Below, one piece after another: positions 12,320-24,421 of a stretch of 64,000 nucleotides of DNA; position 1 is the stretch's first letter; each line of letters starts with the position of its first letter. The stretch comes from Nemertoderma westbladi (lineage: Eukaryota; Animalia; Xenacoelomorpha). A program made the translations under genes and the position numbers. The notes under the pieces are model-generated. The model was not told the DNA's origin. It was given only the letters and a program-made list of their open reading frames with translations, and ran no database searches. The stretch lies in the NCBI GenBank assembly GCA_032718475.1, contig JAUCBJ010005653.1:1-64000 (forward strand), given 5' to 3'.

Positions 12320-13506
12320 TTAGGGCCGTATATCCATTCTTTACTCATAACATAGTTCGCATTAACGCCTCGAGATGGCGCATCGGCGGGATTCAACGAT
12401 GTAGGAACGTAAAGCCATGTCTCTGGTGGTGTTAGTCCGCGAATTTCCTGTACTGTAAATTCAACATATTGTTTATATTGACGTTTTACAGATGTAATCC
12501 AATATAGAACTGCTGTAGAATCTGTCCAACACAAAATACTAGTTACGTTATACTTATATAAAGCATCTGCTACATTCGAAATAAGTCTTGCAAGAATTAA
12601 CGTACCTAAAAGCTCCAGACGTGGAATTTCTTTCACATTTTTCGGAGCCACGCGAGTTTTCGAAGAAACAAGTTAAACAACAGTTACCTTTCCATGTCTA
12701 TTTACAACTTTGATGTATACAACAGCTGCATATGCATATTTCGATGCATCTGAGAATCCGTGTAATTCCAATCTAGAATCGGTCCAATTGAAATCACCTG
12801 AGGTCAAATAAAATCTAGGTATTTCAAAATTAGTTAAATTCTCTAGGTCAGATACCCAGCTGTTCCATGTGTCCAGATGTTCACCTTGTATTTGTTGGTC
12901 CCAGCTGAAAGCACCTGCAGTTAGTTTCTGAAATAATATTTTTGGTATAATAACCTAAATAAAACCTAAAGGATCGTAAATGCTTGCTGTTAATTTTTGG
13001 ATTGTCTTCCGATTGATCTTTGAATTATCCTTGCCGATAACCTTTGATAAATCAATAAATAATGTATCTTTCTGTGAATTCCAGCCAATACCGAGAACTT
13101 TAGAATTTGAATTATTATCAGCTGTGGGACTAAGAATTATGTCCGCGTAAGTAGAGAAATCTTCTTCCACCATAGAATCACTTACCACCTTTTGTTCTTT
13201 CTTGTCTAGATCCTTATTTTCCTTGTTTTCCTCATCCTCAATCATTTTGTTTAGTTCACTTGAGTTGCTTTTCCATTTCCTCATAATAAATCCTCCTTCC
13301 CGAAATATCGTCTTAACTCGTTTGTATATATCAAAGGTAGAAACAACATCATGTGAGCCACTGTTTAAGTCGTCGACGTAGAGACTATCCGTAATGAGAT
13401 CAATTAGTTCTGGCTCCTGTGACATATAATTGCTAGCATGAAACTTTAAAGTACCTTGAAGCAGAAATAGACTGCACACTAAACCAAAACATACCCGAGT
13501 ATACCT
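12247..13506 (-). pseudogene. BEL/Pao RT C-terminal half and RNase H
   Basis: YTRVCFGL, LYVDDL, KVLGIGWN, YDPLGF; ELHGFSDASKYAYAAVVY at ~12715-12770; IPRLELLG, WTDSTAVL, NPADAPSRG. Confidence 0.9.
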
Positions 13507-16493
13507 CGTCACCTTCAAGGCAGAACCCCCTAAGTCGATTTTTGTAGTTCTGAGATAATCGATAAAAACTGTTTATTTTTTAGAGAGATGCCTCAGTTTA
13601 CTTGTTATTGTGTTTTTTGATAACTAAATATATATAGAATTCATATAATTAAACTTTCAATATGATTTAGAATTACCTTTGAAATATATTGCGGTTTTTT
13701 TGTAAAAATTCTGACTTATGGTGTTTTGCCAAAACAAAGGGGAACACCGTTTTCTGGTATTATCCCGTAACTATACGATAGTTGCGGGGTATTGCCTAGA
13801 AAACAAGGTATCCTCAATTTGGCAAAACACCATAAGTACGAATTTTTACAAAAAACACGCAAAATATATCAAATAATAGCCAAGGCGTATCGTACGTCCT
13901 TAATAATTTAGTGCGTAGTGCGCACGTAATACATGTGCGCATTTGTTATTAGCTAAAACGTGCTATCTAACATGTTAACTAGCACATGATCAGGTGTTAG
14001 TATTACCTGTAAACGCAATAATAACAAATAATCACATACAATATAGCTAACACACTTGCGCACATGTTGGAAATTTTTGAATTCAAAATCAAAGGGCTCC
14101 ATAAGTTTTTGATATTTTGGTATTAATTGCTTCTAAAATAAGTACGGGACTGTAGTTAGAATCATGTATCAATACAAATTGAACAAAATGTAGCCAAATG
14201 CAGAACTATAAGAACAAAATTTAGATTCAAGAAAGCGGAACTCTAAGTACAAAATATAGCCATGGGTGGTACTCTACAGTAAGAACAAAGTCTAGCTACA
14301 GGGTTACAGCTACGTTAAAGTAAAGTTCACTTACAGTACGTCATGACGAATAATTAAAGACCTGTTTTTTCTACAGTACGTGGCAACATTTTGAGCAACT
14401 CTATCAGCAACTTAGTGAGCATGTCAGGTTGCCGATCAAGTTGCTCTATGTAAACGCGAAGTTTGTTGCTGTAAAAGATGCCTCATATAACGGAGACTAA
14501 AAGTTAATGTTACTCAAATTAAGTTGCTTGTTACTGACCAAGTTATCCAAAACGTCCTGAACCCCATAGCAACTTGGAGACAAACATTAAATGAGGGACA
14601 GATATTTATCAGCGCCACAAACATTAGTGTGGGACAAACATTAATCAGGGTGACAAACATTAATGTGGGACATAAACATTGATGTAGGACACAAACAATA
14701 ATGTGGGACATAAACATTGATATAGGACACAAACATTAATGTGGAACACAAACATTAATGAGGGACACAAACATTAATGAGGGACACAAACATTAATGAG
14801 GAACACAAATATTACTGAGGGTGACAAACATTAATGAGGGACACAAACATTAATGAGGGACACAAACATTAATGAGGGACACAAACATTAATGAGGGACA
14901 CAACATTAATGAGGGACACAAATATTAATGAGGGACACAAACATTAATGAGCGACACAAACATTAATGAGGGACACAAACATTAATTGAGGGACACTAAC
15001 ATTAATGAGGTACACAAATATTAATGAGGGACACAAACATTAATGAGCGACACAAACATTAATGAGGGACACAAACAATAAACGAGGGACAGATATCAAT
15101 CAAAGGCACAAACATTAATGAGGGACACAAACATTAATGAGGGACACAAACATTAATGAGGGACACAAACATTAATGAGGGACACAAACATTAATGAGGA
15201 ACACAAATATTAACGAGGGACACAAACATTAATGAGGGACACAACATTAATGAGGGACACAAACATTAATGAGATACACAAACATTAATGAGGGACACAA
15301 ACATTAATGAGGGACACAACATTAATGAGGGACACAAACATTAATGAGATACACAAACATTAATGAGGGACACAAACATTAATGAGGGACACAAACATTA
15401 ATGAGATACACAAACATTAATGAGGGACACAAACAATAAACGAGGGACAGATATCAATCAAGGGCACAAACATTAATCATGGGCACTATCGCCCTTCGCA
15501 CTTAGTATGATTCATGTTACCACTCATACATACATACACACATACAATATATTACAGTATTACAATTCTCATTACTGTCAAGCAATAAAATAACAACAAT
15601 AAATAATAACATATTAATCTGACCAAACCAATAAACTATGTTATTGCCAATTGAAGGAAAGGATCAGGTTACAGCGATGGTTTTTCTAACCAAAACAATA
15701 AACGATGTTGTTACTAAAAAGGGAAGGAGTAGGAGTAAAAAAATGATGAACATGAGGGGGAGACAGGAATGGGGGGGGGGGGGGGTAACATGAATGGTAG
15801 TTGTAGGAGGTAAATTGAAAATATGGGGGTATACCAGCCGGGGGGGGGGGGGGGGGGGGTCAGCTGAACAACGTAACCGAACGTCGCTTTCAATTAATTT
15901 CCATCTAATTAGGAAGATGGAATGTATACGAAACGGCGGTACTTTGATCGAAGCTCACGTTCCCATGGTAGTATTTTTTCCAGTTAATCACTTAATATCT
16001 AATCATCTGATGGCAAGCATCACCATCGCTCATATTAATATCCATTGGCAACCTTGGACCCCTATTAATGTTTTGTGTCCCTCATTAATGTTTGCGTCCC
16101 TCAATAATGTTTGTGTCCCTAATTAATATTTGTGTCCTGGCCGCAATACAAACCAGTATATAAATGATAAATTACGGGGTTTTGCCAGGCTATTGTTTCT
16201 GATTTAAGGGGTTTTACAGGTTGTTATTTCTGATTTAAGGGGTTTTGCCAGGTGGACTGAATTTCATATACTTGAATTTACGGTGTTTTGCAAGCCAATT
16301 ATTGACTTGGGGGGTTCTGCCTCGAAGTGGGCATAAGTTACGGGGAACTGTCTTTGGCTTATAACTCAAAAATGGCTGGTAGAAAAGCTTCGGGGTTCTG
16401 CCAGACGAAAAAGCCGATATCGAATTACCCAAAAAGTCAAAAACATGAAAATCGAAAAAAATCAACTTAGGGGGTTCTGCCTTGAAGGTGACG
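13507..16493. mobile_element. Non-autonomous TIR DNA transposon inserted in the BEL RT, 4-bp TSD ACCT
   Basis: TIR CGTCACCTTCAAGGCAGAACCCCCTAAGT(C/T)GATTTTT at both ends; ACCT at 13503-13506 and 16494-16497. Removing the element and one TSD restores the BEL frame KIVTYR-YTRVCFG. Confidence 0.88.
14575..15482 (+). repeat. 19-bp minisatellite (GGGACACAAACATTAATGA)n, about 45 units, inside the TIR element
   Basis: Direct tandem array; about four inverted units recur at ~16060-16138. Confidence 0.95.
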
Positions 16494-16497
16494 ACCT

Positions 16498-18255
16498 GTA
16501 AGTAACAATCTTGCTATTTTCGTCGAAAGGATTCTCCCACCATAGGAATCTCACTGGTTTTCTAAACATACCATGTGAAAGGCCTTTTCGATATCTCCCA
16601 GTAACGCCACTTTATATGACCGTAGACGAATGAAATAAACTGGCACCTAGAAAGGGCCCAGTATATAAACAGTTATTTAAACTTACTCCTTTCTTAGAAG
16701 AGCAGCTTCCATTAAATACAATACGTACTTTGGTTGTAGACTTGTCTAATTTGACCACACAATGATGAGGAATGTAATGAATTGCATTTTCTGTTGTCTC
16801 TAGATCAGGAACCCTTTCAATAATGCCGCGTTCAAATTGTTCATTAATTATTGAATTGTATTTATTTAGAAGTAAATATTCCTTTCGTAAACGATGCATT
16901 AGTGAAATAAGCTGCTTCAACGCAATATTCTTGTCATCAGTTAAATTTGGTTTTATAATTTCTTTCCATGGTAAACATACAACATACCTTTCATCTTGAA
17001 ATTTCACCATTTGTTTGAATTTGTCGTATATCCACGCCTCTGATTCAGATGCACTTGCGATTCCTAAAGATTCCACTTCCCAGAACTGTTTGAGTAACTG
17101 CATCAGGTTTCCATCATCTGTTGAGTCTTGATATTTTTTCTGGGTTTCATCTACATTTAGTGATCCTTGAATAGCTAGAATTTCTGTTGATTTAGACCGC
17201 ATATCTATGGGTTCTCCGGAAATAGAGCACATCATGATGTTAATTACATTAGAATATGTTTCGTTACATAATGGACCTGACAATAACCAACCTAGGTGGC
17301 TTTTGATTGCCACTGGACCTTCACCAGATTCGCCCTATATTTTCTCTCCGGTAACAATTTTCCAATGGTAATTTGCGCCAATGAGAATGTCAATCTTCGT
17401 ATCCGTATAATGCGTTTCCGTATCTGCTAGAGGAAGACCTTCGAAATGAGGAAAATTATATTTATTTACAGTAACGCAGGCGCGTTCTTGTTTCGTCTCA
17501 CTTATATATGGCACAGAGTATGCTGTAATATCAATATTAATTCTCGATTTACATTCTAAAACAAATTTAACCACATCCCTTTCTTCTATCCTTTTGTCCA
17601 TAAATACATCAAGTGTTAATGAATCACGCCATAATGTTGGCAACTCGAGTAATTCTCGCTTTTGATTTGTAATAAAACATGATGTGGCTCCAATATCAAA
17701 AAGAATTCTCACATTGGTTTTCTTACAAGTAATATCATTTGAAATAGTGCCGGTTGCAAACTGCAATAATGTAGGGGGTCGTCCTTCTACCATGAAGTTC
17801 ATGGTTTTGGAATTAGCCATCGGCTTTGGGACAAATTCAATTGCATTCTCGTTTAAAGTGATGTGACTAGATTCACGTGTTTTGTTTATATTTTGATTGT
17901 ATGTACCACTTTGGCTCCGATTAGACACACTATAATAACTAGGATGGGGAGCATTGACATGATGTGGACCTGGAGTAAATGGAGGGGCTTGATGTAGGTT
18001 TGAACCGCGTGCATGGTTTGGGTTATTGAGTGGGAATTTTTGTTCCATTTTACGACATAAACTTACATGATGTTTTCCGCAGCATTGGTAACATTGTTTA
18101 CCTGAGTAGCAATCCCTCGCTGTATGCCTGGGTTTGAGGCAAATGAAGCATCGGTCATCATTTCGCAGTTGTTGTTTTCTTGAATCAAGGTCCGTGTAGG
18201 TTGGACACCGTAATGATGAATGATTACCGTTGCAATATGAACAGAAAACCGCTGA
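16498..18255 (-). pseudogene. BEL/Pao zinc knuckles, aspartic protease and RT N-terminal part
   Basis: CSYCNGNHSSLRC, CFICLKPRHTARDC, CYQCCGKHHVSLC; RILFDIGATSCFI; IDILIGA; SHLGWLLSG; FWEVESLGI; HYIPHHCV; KVRIVFN; SLNNCLYTGP; GDIEKAF; RFLWWENP. Confidence 0.88.
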
Positions 18256-18258
18256 TAT

Positions 18259-19326
18259 TTAATTATTATTGTCGTAGTCAGATCTTGTTACCATCGCCGA
18301 AGCTGTAGAGGTAAACTTTGAAGCGTTAGGATTCCTGTAATTATAATTAGGGGTTGATTGTCTAGCGTAGTTAGATTCACTAATATTACTATTTGTAGCG
18401 ATATACTCACTGGCCTCCATAGCATCAGCTTTTCTTCTGATAAAATCTGCAATTTTATCGATTTTGAAACAATCATCAGATTCGGTATGTTCGTGAAATT
18501 TCTCTCTGACTGACTCCGGTAACTTACCAAGAATTACTTGACATATCATGGCTGAATTTATGTCCGAGATCATTCCAAGTGATTCCAGGGAGCGAATGTG
18601 GGGAATCAAATTATCATAAAATGATCGCAAGTCCTTTAAATGTCGACACACTGGAATATTATAAACTTTATTAAAATGACCTGAAATAGTCATACTTTTG
18701 CGTCCAAATCTTTCATGGGTAATCTGAACAGCTGTACTGTAATTTTCAGCAGTCACTTCTAGTCCTTCCACTGTGAGTTTGGCTCTGCCTTTAAGAATTT
18801 TTTTTAAATATATAAACTTCTCTACAGTTGGGATTGCGGTGTTGCTGTCAATAGCACTAGTAAAGGACTGCCAAAACGGTTGAAAGGTTGTGTAATCACC
18901 TTCGAAATTTTCTAATTTTATTGCGGGAAGTCTTTTTCTATAGGTTGCTTGTTGCAAAATACGTGTTTCCATATCAGAACTAGTTTTGGGCATTGAAACT
19001 TCCGCTTTAGAGATAGTTTTGTCAAGATCACTATCTAAACAGACTTGTTGCAAACCAGAAATTGCAAGCAATAGTCTGGAATTATATTCATCACTCTGAT
19101 ACAAATCATTTTCAACATCATCATCTTTCAAATGAAAATGGATTTCTTTGTTTTGACTGTCTAATTGAGCTTTTACATCTGGTATTAGAAGCAATAATTG
19201 TTTGCTTCTGGTCAATGATTCTGAAGTTATTTGATCGCATGCAAGAGCCTCAGCTTCCTTCGCTAACTTAGTAGCCTTGGATCTATAGCGCCCTCTTATT
19301 TGTACAAGGCGTGTTAGATCACCCAT
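18259..19326 (-). CDS. BEL/Pao Gag (DUF1759-like)
   Basis: 355-aa ORF with LPAIKLENFEGDYTTFQPFWQSF...EKFIYLK...NYSTAVQI..ERFG, directly upstream of the knuckles. Confidence 0.85.
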   Translation of the reverse strand: MGDLTRLVQIRGRYRSKATKLAKEAEALACDQITSESLTRSKQLLLLIPDVKAQLDSQNKEIHFHLKDDDVENDLYQSDEYNSRLLLAISGLQQVCLDSDLDKTISKAEVSMPKTSSDMETRILQQATYRKRLPAIKLENFEGDYTTFQPFWQSFTSAIDSNTAIPTVEKFIYLKKILKGRAKLTVEGLEVTAENYSTAVQITHERFGRKSMTISGHFNKVYNIPVCRHLKDLRSFYDNLIPHIRSLESLGMISDINSAMICQVILGKLPESVREKFHEHTESDDCFKIDKIADFIRRKADAMEASEYIATNSNISESNYARQSTPNYNYRNPNASKFTSTASAMVTRSDYDNNN

Positions 19327-19550
19327 GGTGAATGATAATCTAATTTGCCAGAGAAATAATCTTACTGGGTGTTGTGAAATGTAACCAACGTACCTTTTGA
19401 GTTATATCTGAAGAGTTTGATGTGATTTATTCTTCCGAGAAATCCGATGTAAGTAGTGGGTTGTCCGTTGTTCGTTATTGTCGCACAATTGCATTGAGTT
19501 CCAACCGTTCATCGTCTCCTTTTCGTAGTTGTACCGGTTCGAAGGGGGGG

Positions 19551-20612
19551 ATGCAATGTCCATCAAAGCGGAGGCGATTTTGTTCTACTGTCAATCTCGG
19601 GGGAACCAATGAGACACCTCCAATGTTATATAGTGTCTGGTTGGAGATGTGTGCATTGTACTTGATACAATGAACCCGCCGTAGCATTCTTGTAAAGGTG
19701 CCATCCATAGATTTGATGTCCTCAGCAGTTACAGCCCAGCATGGACTCCATAGAGGAGTACTGGAACTACTGATGCTCTAAATAATCGGACCTTAAGTTT
19801 CCGATTAATTCTCGGTGACTTCCAAATCCTGGAAAGCCTATTCAAGGCTGCCCATGCTTTTCCCTTACGTATTCGAAGGTCCTCACCTGACTTCCGGATC
19901 CATGATCCTAGGTAACAGAAGTCGTACACATGCTCAAGCATACCAACCTTTGAGCTTATGGTCATCCGATCAGAGACTTGCTGAGGACTTTCAAAGTTAA
20001 CTGTCAAAATTTTTGTCTTTCTGGAGTTAATAAAAAGACCAACACTAGAGGCAGCATATTCTAATGAGCTGAGGAACCGTTGGGCTCCCTCTAGTGATTC
20101 TGAGAGTACTCCTAAGTCATCAGCAAAGTCTAGATCAGTTAGTACTTGGCAGGATTTCCTTGACTTCTGGAGCCAGTAGGTGGAGTTATCATCACCCCAT
20201 CATCATTATGATGATCTAAGGACATGCGTAGAACATAGTCAACCTCAATTATAAACAAGAATGGTGCAAGTGTGTCTCCCTAGAGGACGCCCCATAACAC
20301 TTCAAATGGTTCTGTGTCACCGTCAACAGTAGACACAAATGTTGATGATGATTGCTGGAATAATTTCGTCAGGAATCCCATATAATGAAAGTATGCTGAA
20401 CATACGTGAGCGAGAGACTGAATCAAAAGCCTTGAAGAAGTCAACAAAGATAACAGCCAGATGCCTGTCTTTCCTTTTTTGTTAACTCTTGGCCTTCAAT
20501 TACCCTTCTAAGTGTCAAAATGGGCTCCATGGTCCCACGACCTTTACGGAACCCATTCTGATTTCCACGGAGCAGTCTCTCAATGGGATCCCTGATGCGA
20601 TCTAATAGTGAT
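19551..20612 (-). mobile_element. RTE LINE fragment (second family), degraded RT
   Basis: Minus-strand motifs QNGFRKGRGT, FVDFFKAFDSV, GDTLAPFLF, DLDFADDLG, FCYLGS, RLRFDGHC; truncated against the BEL PBS. Confidence 0.88.
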
Positions 20613-21629
20613 TTAAGGCCCCGATAGCGCTACATGGACATAATTTTTATATTGCCTTGTTCGAGCAACTTCTCATTGTCAGAAAAGACCATAACTTTGT
20701 ATGAAGGTCAATGGAAGATTTGTAATTATGAATAAAAATAAAAAATTCAAATTTTTCAAAGATTTGGAAAAATATTGACAAATATTGACAAATTTTTGGA
20801 CAAAAATCCAAAAACCTTCAGCAGATTCAATCATGAGTATTTTTCTTTCTAATTTTTCAAATCGCATCAAAAATTTATGCTCTTTCGATATCTCGAAGCA
20901 AAATTTCGAAAATTAATTAACAATTGACATTTTGGTGCTATTTTTTGTTTTGTTTATTGTTTAATTTTGACGAATTGAAAATTATCAATATTTTATTCAA
21001 TTTTGGCCATTTATTTCCATAATGGAATAAAACAATCAGAATTCGAGATCGAGATATCGGAAGTGAGCACATCAGAGAACGCCTCTGAGCAAAATTTTTG
21101 AAAATTTATTGAAAATTGAATTGTCTGAAGCTCTTAATAGGCCAAAAAATACCATTCCGAGATAATTGCCTTCAAAATTTGAACCTTCCCGCGCAAAAAT
21201 TATCTGTTAATATGTGAGAAAGTCTATCAATATATATTACATTACATATATTACAAGAAAGCATAAAACCATGCTAAGAATTTTGCTATGGGGTTTTTCC
21301 TGGTCGCTGATTTCATTTCTGAGGTCAGTTTTCAATTTTAATGAAATCTGGATCTAGTTTGTCTGTATGTCTGTCTGTCGGTCTTTCTGACCATCCGACT
21401 ATCTGTCTGTCAAATATTAGAAAAAGGCACAGCATTGATCTAAAACTTTAGCTATAGGGGTTTTCCTGGTCGCAGAATTCATTTCGAGTGTCAATTTTAA
21501 CATTTGATGACTTCCAAATTGTCTGTTTGGCTGTCAGACTGTCGGTTATATTTTGACACACAGACTGACAGGCATACAGACAGAACCGACGAGGAATTTT
21601 TTGGACATATCGTATGTTTTACGATATCT

Positions 21630-22432
21630 CGAGAAGTAGGACAGATCTTGAAACATTTTGGTGCTAGCACCAAATTGCGTACCCATCACCAAAAAGTACA
21701 AGTTTGAGATGTCCAGTGCTGTTTTTATTGATTCCATCGGATTAAAGACCCTCAAAAACCCGTATAACGCAAGAAACCAAATGATACTATATATTGATCA
21801 ATTTGCTTATTTTCAAAGATTTGGTGCTGGCACAAAAATTTTCACCCACCGCCGAAAAATATTAGTTTGAGAACTAACACTTCTGTATTTTTTTACTTAT
21901 TCCATTGAATTTAGAACCCTCACAAACCAGTATAACGCAAGAAACAAGGTGACAATCAATTGATATATTTGATGGATTTCAAAATTTGGTGCTACAGTAG
22001 TACTAAATTTTGCACCCACTTGCGAAAAATACAAGTTTGAGATGTCGAGTTAGATAATTATTAATTCCATTGAATTCAGAACCGCCATAAACTTCTACAA
22101 TGCGAGAAATAAAAAACAAGTTTGAAATTTTTAAATTAATTTATATGAATTCCATCTAATAACGAACACCAAAAAACCGGTGTAAATCAAAAACAGAAAT
22201 GTTACAAATCATATCTCAGGAAATCAAAATAGTGCCAAAAGTAGGGTTAAAAAATGGTGCTATAACTCGAAAACTTCTCAATATTTTGAAAACAGTTTCC
22301 ACTATTAGGAAGGCAACAGATTTTTAGGAATTGTCATAAATTTCTCAACTGCGTTTGTTTCAGAGGTATAACAAAAAAAGCACGGGAGGGTCATATTGAC
22401 CCCCCCCCCCCCCCCCGGGGGGTTTAATAGGG
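21630..22432 (-). mobile_element. Partial piggyBac-like non-autonomous element, inverted copy of 24422-25891
   Basis: Ends ...TAATAGGG|TTAA (22433-22436). Reverse-complement similar to ~24422-25340, including TTTGGTGCTAGCACCAAA palindromes. Confidence 0.7.
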
Positions 22433-23130
22433 TTAACAAAAAGACATCGCAACGATACGGCTATCTATTCTTTCTATCTATCCTATACGCTATCTATCCT
22501 ACCAAATTGATAGGAGGCACAGATCCATTTACTTATATTTTTGTAATTATCATTTTATGGGATTATCTTGTGAATTCCTAATATATTTAAAAAATATATT
22601 AAATGCAAGAGAACGCATTATTATGCCTCTTCTATAGAGGCGCAGGTGTTGCAAATGGTACAAAGCTCTTAAATTACCAGCTGATATGTATAGCGCGGGA
22701 ATTCAAATCTTAAGATATTCAAAAACTTTAGCAGGATTATATTTCGCTGCGGTTAAAATATGTAACTCAATTATTCAAGAATCGAAATCTGAATTGGATA
22801 TTTAATCGCCATTTTTAAACAATAATGTATTCTCCATTACATAAGCTATCGAAGTAGGTGGCCATTATAATTATGATACCCCTGATAATTCAGAAGATCT
22901 GTAGTGTGCACTGCATGCAGGGGGGCTGGCAGTAACATTACCAACTAGGCAACACGTGTGTAAATTTATGTCAATCAAATCCAGAACATCTCTATAACTT
23001 TCTGAAAATCATCTACCATATAATTATTGCTATTCTTATCAATTTATTATAGTTATATAAGTTATTATGAGATGGTAGATAGTTTTATTGATTGATATTA
23101 ATTAAACTTGAATTCGCACTAGACCAACCT

Positions 23131-23585
23131 GCCGCTTGGTCTAGTAGTGGTGACGTTCCTGAGTTTCTAATCACGAGGCACTGGTTCGATCTCTAGATGG
23201 GGCAGCACTATTTTGACACAGTGCTTTAAATGCTGCAGCCTAGCCCAACCCTGGCTTTCATCCTAACTAATATTAACAAACTAATAAGCATTTAACTAAT
23301 AATAATGTGGTGGGGGAGTTTGATATTTTTCAGGTGACACAAAATTAAAGTCTGGTAAAGGCCTGTAGGCCGAAATATTTGGTATAATTTTAATTTTGTG
23401 TCACCTGAAAAATATCAAACTCCCCCACCACATTATGATTACCCCGGTGACCTGGGCACGGAACTACCGTATTAATTCATCCTTAACTGGTCGATAAATG
23501 GGAACCAAGCCAACTTTGGAGACCGAGTGGAAGTATGTAAACAGGCATTCGTTGGCTTAATGTGCCTAAAAAGATTCTCCCATTA
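23131..23585 (+). mobile_element. tRNA-derived SINE with a Deu/Nin-like core, interrupted by a ~200-bp insertion
   Basis: A-box-like TGGTCTAGTAGTGG and B-box-like GGTTCGATCTC. The core CTTTCATCCT...GGTCGATAAATG is split, with TTCATCCT(T)AACT duplicated at ~23257 and ~23476. Confidence 0.6.
23302..23436 (+). mobile_element. Penelope-like pLTR remnant: 48-bp perfect inverted repeat enclosing a degenerate minimal hammerhead
   Basis: Arms 23302-23349 and 23389-23436; loop CTGGTAA-A-GGCC-TGTA-GGCC-GAAA-TATT-TGG. Confidence 0.55.
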
Positions 23586-24421
23586 ATTAAATATGAATAT
23601 ATACTTAAATAGTAGTATTTAAGAATTATAATTTTTAGTTTTGGTAATGCTTGGGCACCTATCAGGGCCGCAATAACCACAATAACCATAATCACAATAA
23701 CCACTTTCGAAGAGTGATATACAGGGCAAATTGATCGCATGATAAATAAAGTTTTGTTTATTGGTTTGGTTAGAAAACAACGCTACTGTAACCTGCTACT
23801 TTCCCTTCATGTTTTAAATTAAATTAGTTTTTAAACCCGTTAAACAAATATTAGGTGGTTGCGGATATTTTGAGCCATTAACTCCCTCCTCCACGACGGC
23901 TCCAGGGGGCCAGTCCCCCCCCCCCCCCACATAGCATTCATTTGAGGGGGGCCATGTCACCCCCCCCCCCCCCCCCCCCCAAGCGGAGCGGAATATAGTA
24001 TAAGCTGTAACCTAATTATAAAGCGCTTTGTAATGCGAAACTATAATTATTCCCCATTTTACTTTAAACAATAATCAACTTTAAACTGCTTGGCAGTATC
24101 TCCGAAGGTTTAGGAGAGGGGGATAATAACGATTTTATTCTTATTCTAAAATTGTTAACGGAATTTCGAATTGCTTCACTTTCATAAACTTTTTGAGTCA
24201 AAATTGTTATTTTCGCTGTCAAACACTTACACTTTCTGAAAGAAGTTCTAATACCAATTTTGTATTTTTTTACATGCGGGTGGGGGATTGTTTGGGTTTG
24301 GCCTTGACTCCCATCACCCACCATCCCTTCTCCTCTCCATCTCCCTACTCACCTAGTTCCTCCAAATCGAAAGCCAACCAGAAGACCCAGAACTCCTGGA
24401 TGAAACGGCAACCTTCCTTAA

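Larger units (their letters stand above)
10075..19546 (-). mobile_element. BEL/Pao LTR retrotransposon, degraded; 5' LTR missing; split by a TIR element
   Basis: Minus-strand order gag, three Cys/His knuckles, protease, RT, RNase H, integrase. PPT CGGGGGAG abuts TGTGG at 10540. PBS-like CCTTCGAACCGG at 19534-19545. Confidence 0.93.
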
